Source: Antedon mediterranea
Taxonomy: Eukaryota > Animalia > Echinodermata
Length of the DNA stretch: 64,000 nt
NCBI RefSeq assembly: GCF_964355755.1
Contig: NC_092677.1
Span: 21,873,175 to 21,937,174, forward strand
Reading direction: 5' to 3'
Within the stretch, counting starts at the first letter, position 1. Each line of letters opens with the position of its first letter. The position numbers were made by a program, and so were the translations under genes. The notes below the pieces were generated by a model. That model worked only from the letters and a program-made list of their open reading frames with translations. It was not told the origin of the DNA and searched no databases. Below are positions 12,992 to 25,394 of the stretch, piece by piece.

Positions 12992-15297
12992 CCGTATATT
13001 TCGGTGTATAAGTCGCACCTGTGTATAAGACGCACCCCTGAGAGTAAAATATCGGTATTTTGTATATCGTCGATGTATAAGATGCACTTTATATTTCATC
13101 AAAACAATGTTTTTTCTCACCTAGACTCGGCCGCGCCCAGCCTCAACAAGAAGGGAAGTCCCCCATTCCGTCAGTTCTTTCTAACTTGTTATTCATGAGT
13201 TTCGCACCCGCAACATCGAGTGCATGACCACACGTGTGTGTGGGCTAGCCTCGCTCGATCCTTTTATCGAGAGGGCGCACGTTTCACGGACAATCGTATT
13301 CGATTAGTATCTATGTATCCTAGAAGTGTGTACGCTAGGTCTATGCTATAATCAACTGGAGAATATACTAGTCGAATACCGTTACACCATGTGGTTGCCA
13401 AGAAGGGCTCGCTCGCGCTGGGGGTACGGCGGTCGGCGATCGTGCGTATAACTCTGGGGCGGATCCAGAGGGGGGTCCACAGGGTCCGGACCCCCCCCTA
13501 AATTTTAAGGGTGCCCTTTTTTTAGAGGTTCAATATTTTATTTGTGTGACATATTTGTGTGTATATTAGTATGCACAGAGTAGGCTACACTAACCCCAAA
13601 AATAAAACAGAAATTGATCACAATGAGCGTGATGTTAAGTTACGGCGGCCGATCAAAGAGCATCGTGAGAGGTGGTGACGCGTGATGATCTCTACTTAAA
13701 CTTCTAAATATAGATCGTTTCACATACTACAGAGGGCGCATGTAAACTTTTTACTCAGCGTACGTTACCATGCGCGCTATGTCATTGACGCGATTATTTG
13801 TCCATTGGTAAACACATTTTTATGTATTATTATTCTGAAAATAATTGAACTGTAAACATAATTCTTTTGAGTATTTGTTTATTTACATCATTCCATCAGA
13901 TCAACTATTTTTTATTTCCATTACATCCAACCAAACATGTAAAAAATGTAGTTAAAATATCATACTATCTAGCACGTACGACCATACGCGGTAGATTGTT
14001 TACTCAAAAATCATCATTCAACCTTGTTTTTGTAGTTGATCCTCTCATGACCTGGGATTTGTTTGTCTTCATACGCCAAAAAAATATTTTTTTCTCGATA
14101 TGAAGCCTTTATTATTCAAATCTTTTAAAGAAAAATCACACATACCATAAAGAAGGTTCATTTATTTCATTTTTGAAACAATATTTTTGAAAATTACGTG
14201 AGGCTCAACTAAAAAACCACCATTTTGTGATATTATGTCATCGTAAGCCAATCAAAGCTGAGCTTTCCCGCGTTCGGCAGAGCTCACGGTTGAATGATTT
14301 TGGATTCTGGCTATTTGATTGGTGGACGCGAATCACCCACAGCGGAATGTTTTCTCTCGCGTGTACCAAGAAGTCACGTGATCTCTCTGTACTGAACGGT
14401 ACTACACAAATTTAGAGCAATGAATTTGTACGAATTCCATTAAATAAACAACTCTATATATTTTATAAACATTTAATAACATATTTTATTGATATTTCCA
14501 ATGTTGATATATAAAAGAAATTACTATAAAACGTAATTATATGTAATTATTTTAGCTAAAAATGGCGCAATTTGTTTACAACGTTCGTGGCTAAAAACGA
14601 TCATTTTCGGCAATGTTTTAGACCCTATATTTCGAAAACTACAAGTCAGATTTTCGTAATTCTTTCTTTCTTGGAATATTGAAACAAAATACCAACAGAT
14701 AATGTTTAAATTGGTTGAAAAATAACAACTTTTAATTTTGCATCGTTGTCCCTGCTAATAAGTGTCATTTCTAGCGAACTAGAAAGGTGCCATTTATCAT
14801 GGATTTTGCGTGCGAGAGTGCCATTTCCGGCCATCTAAGTGTGTCCTGTAACAAAATTCGCTTCGCCACAACCCCCACCATGCTGTGGCTCAAATACTCA
14901 ATATCTGATGTGGCCTTTTTATCGGCGGACCCCCCCCTCAAAAATGTCTGGATCCGCCCCAGTAAGTATAATACTATTCCAATCGTAAACGTTTACAAAT
15001 GAAATTTTATCGGAGCCCCTAAAACAGCTCCATAATGAACAAATCTTTTTATCATATTTAGTACAAAATCACGCTAAAATGCCTTGAAAACTAGCAGGTT
15101 GCTGTTACGTTAGTACACTGTACTGTAGCTGGCTAGGCCTACTCTTTAGTACTAGGCCTTGCCTTAAAAAGCCCAGGCCTAGCCAACGAGGTGGCAATAT
15201 CTGTGTGGTGAGGCATTTATGTTTGGTGTATGACGCATCCTTAATTTAGAGGTTAAATTTGCATGTCAAAAGTGCGATTATACACCGAAATAAACGG
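12992..15297. mobile_element. Tc1/mariner (pogo/Tc2-type) non-autonomous element
   Basis: TA|CCGTATATTTCGGTGTATAAGTCGCAC ... GTGCGATTATACACCGAAATAAACGG|TA, with TA TSD. Confidence 0.8.
13454..14962. mobile_element. Non-autonomous TIR element (CTGGGGCGGATCCAGA termini)
   Basis: Perfect 16-bp TIR CTGGGGCGGATCCAGA / TCTGGATCCGCCCCAG. Flanks TAACT / TAAGT. Confidence 0.75.
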
Positions 15298-15756
15298 TAC
15301 ATTATTATTTTAATTGTTTCATCCTCGCACACTCGATTAACACCTTTTCGGCCAAAAAAACTCATAAAAAAACTTTTTTTTTAAAGCGCCCTCAACGTAA
15401 AAAAAAACCTTTTTTCTTATCTCCGCCCCTAATTTTTGGCGAAATTAGGGGCGGCGGATGACAGCAAACAAACTATTTAGTTTTTTTGGGCCTAATTATG
15501 TTTCCTCAGTCAGTAACATTTTAAATTTTGAACTAAAATTTATTGGACTGATTTTTTGGTAAAATAATGAATACATTGTGCTTCTGTGTTTAATGCCGGT
15601 CAGTGGCACAAGTGGAGGAGATATGTCCCACTTGTCTCCCCCAGGATCTGTGCTGTTAATGCCGGTCATGGATTAAGGTGAGTTACAGTGAGTTACTTAC
15701 TGAATTTGTGAACATACCCTGACTTTAAAAGTAGAATCTTCACTATAGGGCCAACC

Positions 15757-17223
15757 CTGGGCTCGCACTGGCCGATCGCCAAGTCGCCATGGGCGAAAAC
15801 GTTTCCAGATTGGCGAAAAATAAAACGGCTACTTTAGCTATTTTGGCGATGACATATGATAAAATAGATAATTAAATAATCATTTTGGCGAAAGCATAAA
15901 GTCCAACTAAAAGGTCCATTTGTCGATCTCCAAGCATTTATTTTGTTCGTTATCACGTTGTTTAGGCCTACTTCAAGCTCCATTTTTCGTCAACTTGTTT
16001 CGTTGTACCAGGCGTCTCTTTGTTATTTAAAAAAGATGGAGATAGCAGCAGAGGTAGACTGCACAGAGAGAGACAGACGTTACACGACACATGGATGATG
16101 AAGTCTACCCAAACTATCACGTGTTGTGCGCTGCACAAACGACTACTTAGCTGACGGTCGGCTAATTACCGGGATTGTCTATTTTTCGATAGGGGTGTAC
16201 TTTTCAGATTAAAAAGAAACATTATAGTATCTTCGATGAATTTAATCTTATCGAAATCAAACATGTATGCGTTATGCATTTTAGAGTCTTTCAATTTAAT
16301 GTAGTTTCCTATTTTACCCGTAATAAACTTCCCTCGTGCGTCAGTGTAAACAAAACAACGTGCGGGAAATGGTAGAGTCTAACAGGGATTTAGCTAAACA
16401 CACACGTGCACCTGAGCGGGGCCGGCCGCCGGCTTCTGTGTAATTGTTAATATTGTGTAAATAAATAATAATCGGGATAAATTTCTTGCCCTGCCAGAAA
16501 CGCTTCGGCGCAGCCTTGAGGGATGGAAAGACGTGTACTCTGTGCTTTGGCCTATATTATCTTACGTTCAACAATGATACGAGTGTTCGTTTGCTAGGAA
16601 TTTTCGTCAATATTTTTAGCATAGCCTACGATATACCGTTGTTGTACATCATTTTGTAGGCCTAGGCTTAGGCCGGCGGTTCTGCACTTTCGCACCTCTT
16701 GAGCATACCCAATTTGTGACCGTGAAGTCTAGGACACGATTTTCGCCTGGTACGCGATGGAAGCCGTCACACACAAACATGACCAGCCAAGCGTAAAAAA
16801 CAAAAGTAACATAGCATTCAGGGGATTTCAAAAAAATTTAAAATGTTTCTTATTAAATTGATAACTGTATGAATGCTGTATGATTAAAAACAATTTGAAC
16901 AATTGTTTTGATCATGTAAAAAAAATACAAAAAGAATATTATTTTTTTAATCATACAGTGATTTAGGCATGGTTCTTTATCTCAATGCCTTACAAAAATG
17001 TTCAGGGAACAGTGTATAGACCTGTTGACATAGATAAATTGACTAAAATGTTTTTAGCATTATATTTCAACAATTTTAAATTATGGCTAAAAACAGATTC
17101 ATTTGGCTAAATAAAAAAATTTGATTTTAGCCATTTTGGCTATAGATAAACTGATTTGACTAAAAAAAATATTTAGACTTTCGCCAAATGGCTAAACAAA
17201 ATGAAATGTTAGTGCTACCCCAG
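15757..17223. mobile_element. hAT-like non-autonomous element
   Basis: Left CTGGGCTCGCACTGGCC with subterminal TGGCGA/TCGCCA repeats. Right end has TGGCTA repeats and TTAGTGCTACCCCAG. A related terminal fragment lies at about 29900-29927. No clear TSD. Confidence 0.5.
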
Positions 17224-17802
17224 CAACCTTAAATAATTTTTCCAAATTGTACCCAAAATCATACTGACAGTGAAAGTTAACTAGATGAGAGAAGTCTATA
17301 TTTTATAAATTTTAAGTAATAAAAGTGCTTAGAGTATATAAGATATACATGTAATTTGGCTGATGACTGATGCAAGTAATTATTGTGTAGGACATATAGA
17401 CCTTGCCTTCCTATGTCACCTGTCGGACACCTTGAACAGCTTATTGACAGATTGAATATAAATCAGTTAGCAAAGCAAAATCTAGCTAGAAAAGCCAGCA
17501 ACAATAAAACATTTTGTTGCAATTTCTTTTAGCATTCTGACCAGGGATTATATCTTGACTATATATGATCTTCTTTAATTATCTGCAGATGATGGTATTC
17601 CACAATAATGCTTTTTAATGATAATAATTTCTCATCAACAAACGCATTTTTTTGTGTCATTTAATAGTACAGTATATTTAAATTGCTGATTGATGTTAAC
17701 ATGATTTTTAAAGTTTGAAGTGTGTGTGTTGTGAACACAACTGAAAGCAGTTTGATATGCTCTAACATGATTACAAATTGATTTTTAGCATTTTCTATTT
17801 AA

Positions 17803-19790
17803 AGTGGAGCTACACTCAGACTTTCTCAGCTTATATTATGTTTAAGTATGTTTAATTGAAAGTGATTACATAAAAAAAAACAGGGAAAATACGGAAATAT
17901 TTTCCAAAAACTCATTTCTAAAAAATCGGTCAGAAAATAGTATTTTTTAATACATTACACTTTTTCAGTAACTTAGGGGTTATTAGTTTACAATACGTCG
18001 CGAAACGCGTTACACTTAGCAACTGACGCGTTTTAGTCGCCGTTTAACGCATGGGTGAAATGTCTCCCCTTTGGTAAATTATGTGTCGAAAAATGGGGAA
18101 TAAATTTTATACACACAATTAATATGATTTGTTTAGGCCTAAGTAATATTTCCGATAAAAAGTATAATTTACATGTATTGTAACCTCATGATCCCAACAA
18201 CAGCATAATAATCTTATCACTATCAGATTGCTTATTAACTTTAAGCTAGGCCTAGCTAAGCCGTCTGCTCAGCCTAGCTAACCTTGAATTTTTTTCTAGG
18301 CCAAAATGCATTCATGGGTTTAAAAATTCTTGGTCGTTTCGCCCCATTTTCTCGCACACATTAAGAATTGTGAAACACAAAATCATATACAGAACAAGAG
18401 TAGTAAAGTGTAGTAAAGCGATGTGGAAGCTTAGGGCCTGACTGAAAAGCAACTATTCAGGCACCCTATCATGGCCCATATGGGTAGAACAGCAGAACAA
18501 ACTTCACTGCTGGATGTCAGCCTAGCTAGAGGCCAAGCAGCATCGGTACATACCTACACTCTAGTAGGCCTAGGCCTAGCTTTATTGAATATATAGCCAC
18601 ATCTTCCTCAAATCTCGTTAAATTTGACATTTTAGTAATAGTCTCATAATCACATTATTACACTGTGAAACATGATAGGTTCACATTCAGAATGTTTTAA
18701 TATACTTTTTGCCCGTCAAAAATAACATCGCGACAAAATAACAGATCGCCAGCTGCAGTTATGATTGTGAAAAATGTCACGTGATCATACTCCCTAGCAA
18801 AATAAAAAACCCAATTGGACCCGAACAGGGGAAAGTGTCTATTTACGCAAAATTGCGCAATGTATACGCGATAACAATACCAGAAATAGAAAGATCTGGA
18901 AAAATTACATAAAACTACATTTTAAATTTTTTTTTTAGTGAAGAAATTAATTTTTTAGGATTATTTAAATATACCCCCCTTTTGCATGTATAAGAATAGG
19001 AAATTACAAGGTATCCCCCCAAAACGCAAAAAGGCGTGATTTTCAAGAAACTCGTACTCATTGAAAAAAATTTCAAAACAATATGAAGCATGGGGGATGA
19101 TATTTTTAAAGACCCCTTCCCTGCAATTTTGGACGTTTTTTGGAAAATAATACATATATATCACTTTAAAAACATTAAACCATGTCATTCCTTGTCTTAA
19201 ATGTACGTTTTATGGTAAATTATGATAAAAAGTGAGAAACAATGCACTACCTAAGTAGCTCGCGGCGATCGACCTCTCGTGGACGGTCTCAGGCCTAGCC
19301 TAGCTAGGCTTAGTTTTGTAGGCCTAGCTGGTAAACATCGGTAACGTACGAACATCGTACGCTAGCTATATACCTAGCCTGACGTTGTATAGTTGCTGCA
19401 TTAATTGTCTTTCTATTTTTGCCAGACTCCGTTGATACAAATTGGGGAACACCCGGTATTTTCGCTGAAAAGTTAGGAGTCTTCCATTTGTTTTGGCTTC
19501 ACGATCGATCGAAAAGTGGGCGAATTACAGGTGAAAAACAAAAATATCAATCCGCGCGCAATGCATTTTGGGATTTATAGCGGGCCGCTATAATTATTAA
19601 AATCGATTTATTTTTCACATTTTTAACCGTTTAAAGACGAAAAAAGTTATCGCAATAGGACCATATAGTATTATTTTTACATTAAATATAGTTTGTGATC
19701 TTAAATTAGATCTAAAAAACGTAGGGAATGGGGCTTTAAATAATAGTTGAAATGTATGAAAAATAGTAATTTTCTGGGTGGAGCTCCACT
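17803..19790. mobile_element. Kolobok-like non-autonomous element
   Basis: TTAA|AGTGGAGCTACACTCAGA ... TCTGGGTGGAGCTCCACT|TTAA: TTAA TSD with AG...CT termini. Confidence 0.8.
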
Positions 19791-20172
19791 TTAAGCATGC
19801 AATGCACATACTGCTGTTGATTAAAACATGTCGGTTTCAAAGTATAATGAAATTTCAATAAATCATGCTTAGTTACGTTGCACAACCATATCATCTTAAC
19901 ATGAAATTTGTTGCACGAGTTCACATAGATGTTAATATTCTGAATAAGTTAAAACATTTCCGTTAGCAAGTTTTAGAGATATCCTACATCACCCACAAAC
20001 ATTGAATAACCAATGATATGTTGAAGAGTGATCCTTGACGATGGGGATAATGAAAATGGGACAACTAGAATTCCACTTGATGTTAACAATCAATACAAAG
20101 ATTGTGATTAGAAATGATCATGATTAACCTTAATACCCATAACCAATAATAAAAGGTAACCTAATAGACATA

Positions 20173-20792
20173 CCGTATTGTTCCTAATAAATGCCCCGCC
20201 CCTAATAAATGCGCCCCCCCCCCCCTTCATTTTTTGTTCATTTTCTAATTAACACACCTTAGTGCCCAATCTATATAAACAGAGGATTTTCACATTTAGA
20301 ATTAGTTTTCAGCCCGGAAAGTCACATTTTTCAGCGACTGTAACAATGTCTGCTAACAGCGTGACAAACATGTAGGCCTACACCGGGCGCGTAGGGTAAC
20401 TCGCGCGACACAACATACATCGCTGGTCTTTAAAAACCAGGAAAACAACGGGGGTCAGACAATCGCATGTTTATTCACACAACACGGAATTGATACAAGG
20501 CGTCTGGTTCATGAAGACCTTTTGAGTTGTTAGAACTTTTCATCTACGGTAGTTGAGGGCGGATGTCACTTTTAACTGTCCCAAAGACACAGGCGACAAC
20601 TATGAGGATAAACATGCTATTTCTATTGTGAAGGACAACGAAGAACGCTGCATCGAACATTGATTGACCGTCTGAAGCAAGTTGATTAGGGTAGGCCTAG
20701 GCCTAGTTACGCTCTATTTAGAATTTTTACATTTCACCCCTAACAAAAAAAAAAATGCAACGCCCCGGGGTCGTTTATTAGGAACAATACGG
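20173..20792. mobile_element. pogo/Tc2-type MITE
   Basis: TA|CCGTATTGTTCCTAATAAA ... TTTATTAGGAACAATACGG|TA. Confidence 0.85.
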
Positions 20793-20914
20793 TATAATAT
20801 TGATTGAAAATATTAATTAAAATTTAATAATCAATTAAGCATAACAAACAGATATTTACATTACATTTATTTTATATTTTGTTAGTATTGTATTTTTTCT
20901 GGCAAATGATACTA

Positions 20915-21060
20915 GGCCCCCCTCCCCCCTCCTTCTTATCAGTTTCATCTTCAAATTATTTCAGTATCAACCAATCAGATAACTTTCTTATCACATGGTC
21001 TGTCAAGGAATTCAAACTATCTCTGGCACTCGAGTGAGGCACTACTGAGCATGCTCCAGT
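20915..21060 (+). promoter_or_regulatory. Candidate internal promoter
   Basis: Cluster of a C-rich Sp/KLF-like tract (about 20915-20932), CCAATCAG (20971), CTTATC GATA-like site, CACATG E-box and palindromic GAGCATGCTC just upstream of the candidate exon at 21177-21230. Motif evidence only. Confidence 0.3.
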
Positions 21061-21176
21061 CTAGCCTTAGCTGTTGTCATATCTATTTTTGTTTCTACTA
21101 GCTTAAGTTAGATATTGTCATGTAGGATCTTTTATATATTCACTTTTTTGTTGGATTTGTTATCTCATGTTTTAAG

Positions 21177-21230
21177 AGGATAATGATTTGGGATCTACTT
21201 CCCAAATGACAAAAGGGACAATATTAAAGG
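21177..21230 (+). CDS. Candidate FHOD cassette exon (54 nt, phase 1-1) or alternative first exon (ATG at 21206, MTKGTILK|E)
   Basis: Acceptor-like TCTCATGTTTTAAG, open frame (E)DNDLGSTSQMTKGTILK, and strong donor AAGG|GTAAGT in phase 1, matching the exon at 21771. Confidence 0.45.
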
Positions 21231-21770
21231 GTAAGTGGTTCATCCCCAAAGTTTTTCTTACATTGGATTTACCATTTATTCATTTCTTTTATAAATTGAT
21301 ACTTTTGTTTTGCTTCTGTGATGCACCTACTTTCGATCGGTCCTGGAGGCAAAAAAGATTGAAGAATCATAATTTTCTGTGAAAATATAAAAGTCTTCCA
21401 CAATTTGTATTTACAAATTAATTCTACCAAAAAAGACAATGCAGCAACTAGACAATGCCAGGCTTATAGCAGTGTACGAAGTTGCCTACTTAGGTAGTCC
21501 ATTGTCTTCTCATTTTGTCATTATAATTAACCATAAAATGTACATTTAAGACAAGAAATGTTTTTTATACATGCACTATTTTCACAAATGTTGAAAGTTA
21601 CAAGGAAAATCTTTTTATAATATAAATACTGTACAGTATGTTAATTTACATATCAATAGAGTTTAACAAAATTTTGTTCACAGCCCATATGGGTTCATTT
21701 AAAAAATAACTTATACCATTTTCATCAATTTTATCTTGAATTATGTCTTGATATTTTACTCATTTTGCAG

Positions 21771-21838
21771 AAAAGTTATTGAACTGTACTGGCCGTGAAC
21801 TGCGTAGGGCGCTTTTCTCCCTCAAGCAGATATTTCAG
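21771..21838 (+). CDS. FHOD3: FHOD formin coding exon: (E)KLLNCTGRELRRALFSLKQIFQ
   Basis: TTTTGCAG acceptor and GT donor. The peptide matches the FHOD1/3 FH3 start, recalled as EKLYNSSGRDLRRALFSLKQIFQ. The symbol denotes the family; an invertebrate gene would be co-orthologous to FHOD1 and FHOD3. Confidence 0.95.
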
Positions 21839-22738
21839 GTAAAAATCATGTCAAACCTTCAATGCCTATTATGAAACGTGTATAAATATCTGTTTAAATA
21901 AATAGCCATTTTATTATAGAATTATGTTTGATTTGAGGATTTTTTTTATATTGATGGATTATTTAGAGGTGGCTTATTATTTATACACAGTTTTAATTGT
22001 CTAAATACTGATAAAATTGCAAAAAAAACAAACATATTTTATGTAATCTAATTAGTTTTTCTTCTATAAAGATTGTATTTATTAAACCATGCATTACTTT
22101 AAGAATATCAGAACAATCAAAACATGTAAACAGATGCGTAGTCTTTCTTAAGAAAACAATATAAAGCTTTTATACCAAATTGAGTTACAGTTTGAGGTGC
22201 AAATTTATTTCAGTTCCACCGGCCTTCCCAGTTACCATTTATCTAGCTTTCCTTTTTAGATTTTTAAAGAAGGCTTACCTTTTCAATGTCGTCTTCAAAA
22301 TTTCTTTATTACCTTGGATTTTCCATCTCAATAATTACATTTTTTTTTTAAATAAATGTTTTTTATGATTGGATAATTTACCTGCTCTTAATCTATAGCA
22401 TGGGACAATGTAATGCTTTTTCTAGAAGAAAAGAATACTTTTAAAATTTGGTTTATTCTGACCGTATAAACTAATGTCTGTTATTAATATTATTATTTAA
22501 AACTTAAATTTCCATTTTGTTTAAGATGATACTGTCCTGATACTTTGGTATATTGTAAAGAACAATAGTATGAAATGATATCTTAGAAAGTGATCAGAAA
22601 AGTGATCAGAAAAGCTGTTTAGTAAATTAATTTTTTAAATTTTGGTTCTATCTCATTCATTTCGGTTTTTTAATTAAATTTCTAATACTAGCTAGCGACT
22701 ATAGGCATAGACTACTAGAGAATCAGCTGCATGATATA

Positions 22739-23644
22739 AGGCCTGGCAACACAAAAGCGGCGCAGAGTCGCAACCCAAACTTTTGAGATATTTAGCCTTG
22801 AAGTTCAGAATGTGAAAAAACGACCTAACCTATACATTTCAAAATTTCAATAAAAAAGGATAGTATTAACACTTATCTTTAACATATCAAACTCTTGTTC
22901 ATAAAAAAAATATCACAAGTATGTGTATTTTGCAATTATTTAAGTCGTTTCCATTGAAAATCATTAGGGAATTGTATTTTTGTTCACTCAAAAATCAACT
23001 TTCTTTACGGCGCTTTTGTAAACAAACCGCTAAACCGAATCACGTCATATTTGGTACCTATCTGTTCCAAAATATATCAGCTACCAACCTAAGGGATTTT
23101 TTAAAATCTAGCCAATGGAAATTGGTTTTTTTAAGGTTGCTGAAATTTCTAACAAGAATTTGTAAATTCTTGACTGTGATTGGCTACAGAGATAAAATAC
23201 GCTCTCTGATTGGCTGACGCTTTGTTTACGATGAAACAGCATGGCTTCGATCGTATTTTCTCGAATAAACGTTTCAACATTTTGTGAATATTTAAAAAGT
23301 TAATCGTTATTTTTATCCATATATTTTAAAGAAATAACAAATATAATATGTACCACACAGTGATATATTTTCGACTAGTTTGCCGTTATTGAGAAGAAAA
23401 TAGCGAGTTTTGACAGAGTCTTGTCGCGTTGATCGGCGGGCTAGGCCAAGCTAATAGCCGTCGCTACTTCATTGTTGATTTTCTCAAAATGAAGATTTCC
23501 TGAGCTAGAAAGTGACTCGTATGTTTTCATTAATAACTCTTCATGTAATAAACCAATTATAATAAACAACGGCTCATTTTAAAGCTTATTAAATATAGAT
23601 TACGAATATAAATCTAAAAAATATTAATTTGTGATGCCATGCCT
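22739..23644. mobile_element. Degenerate non-autonomous TIR element
   Basis: AGGCCTGGCAACACAAA / TTTGTGATGCCATGCCT, a 15/17 inverted match. Confidence 0.5.
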
Positions 23645-23835
23645 CATATGAGGAATCCCCTCGACTTTAAGGTGTGCATAATTGAAATGCTTTTGAATGT
23701 ATATAATTGTCGTTATTTTTATTTTGCTCTAATTCTATGCAATGTTTCTTCTTTTATTATAATTATTAATGAGATCTAAATATTTTCAATACAGTTCAAA
23801 CACAAGTTATTTCATTGATGCTTTTTGTTATTTAG

Positions 23836-23941
23836 GATGACAAGGACCTTGTACATGAATTTGTCAGTGCTGATGGTTTGGCATGTCTCATTAAGGTCGG
23901 GGCAGAGGCTGACCAAAACTATCAAAATTATATACTTAGAG
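23836..23941 (+). CDS. FHOD3: FHOD exon: [35 protein letters not shown](A)
   Basis: TTTAG acceptor and GTGAGT donor, 106 nt, phase 0 to 1. Highly conserved FHOD FH3 motif. Confidence 0.97.
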
Positions 23942-25394
23942 GTGAGTATTATTATAGAGGTGAGAAAGTTTCCTCATTTATATGGAATAAATATGTATAT
24001 TTTGGGAGCATTTTATAATAAACATGTCTGTTTTTCTGGTATTATCTAAGGTACCGTAGTCTAGTTGTGGAGTGGGTATCAGATCTAGGTGGTTTGTAGT
24101 AGATCATTTGATATTCTTTATAATTTGCTGATCACATATAAACTTGGTTTCAGCTGTTATCTAAGGGGCGATGTTAAAATGATATTACTCCATGCAACAC
24201 AGTTAACTTTTAAGGTTTACCGCAGTTAACGGACTAATGCTCCTAACGGATAGTCTTGTGGATTTCAGTAATTGTGTTAGCAAATTGATTATTCATAAGT
24301 AAACAAATGAATATTCATCAGTAGTACAGCAGAAAACAAGAGACACGCTCCGTTAATTGGAGTTAATACAAACATTTAAACAATAAATATCCTGCATAAC
24401 TTTATTACATTCTTCTATTATTTATTTATACCATTGTTTTAGACATTAAAAACAAGCTGTCATGCTCTCACCATGGAGTAATAATTATTACTCCATGCTC
24501 ACACCCAGACCATGACCAGACAGTGGGCAGACCCTGTCAACATCTAAATATAGCGCGACGTTGTTGGTATACCTAACACAAAAGAAGCAGCGCTAATTTT
24601 AGCTGAAAATATAATTCCGAAAAAATAGTGTACAAATACTGTTTTGTTTTTTCCTTTCATTCAAAATCATTAAATAAAATAATTACATAGCGATTGATAT
24701 ACACAAAGTATCTTACGGAAAATGGCCAACACAAGTTTTATTTTCTTGACTGGGCTTTTTTCATTTTCAAACTCCGGTAACAAAAAACACCATATATATA
24801 TATATATATGTGACCCGATCTGGCAAAACCCTATTTTTGTCGTAAATTTTCATTTATATATTTAGATTATATGAATCATAAGCTTTGCAATGATGTTTAT
24901 TTCGATATTTAGCAGCGTGGACATGATGGTCAGTTTTACTGTCTGATGGTCAGTCACTCAAATTAACTATTTTGCATTATTGAAAAGCAGCATTATAACA
25001 CCAAGCTTATTTTAACTGGTTTCGGAAGTGTTTACGATATTAACAGCGAAAACCAAGCAGGCCTAGCCTCCTTAGGCCTATTCAGATTATTTTCGCTATT
25101 ATCGCCTGTAAGACATACTGTTGGGTGTTCATCAGGCCGTGTCATGTCAGCAGTGCATCGACACGGGGTCTAGCTTTAGTAGCAAACTAGCCTGGACAAG
25201 TTAAGCGCCTTGCAGAGTTACAGCTAATTTCTAGCTAACATTACATTGTATTGTATTGACGATTACATTTGTAATTTAGTTATACATTTATATCGTGGAA
25301 GATTCGCTGTGATGTTTGGGCTTGAATCTAATAATGATTGAAAAAAATTATAATACTGTATGAAAGGACTGGACAAAATTAAATAAATAATTAA

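Larger units (their letters stand above)
12691..15492. mobile_element. TIR element with TAA TSD (outer layer of a nested stack)
   Basis: Left GGCCTAAAAAAAAAAATTGTTGGTTTGCTGT; right ACAGCAAACAAACTATTTAGTTTTTTTGGGCC. TAA on both flanks. Confidence 0.7.

Noticed and set aside
1-21770. Canonical FHOD N-terminal exons (RVQ.L.D.DPF, LRTQLSVRVH motifs)
   Set aside because: Not found by eye. They probably lie upstream of the window, so no start codon is asserted for the main isoform.
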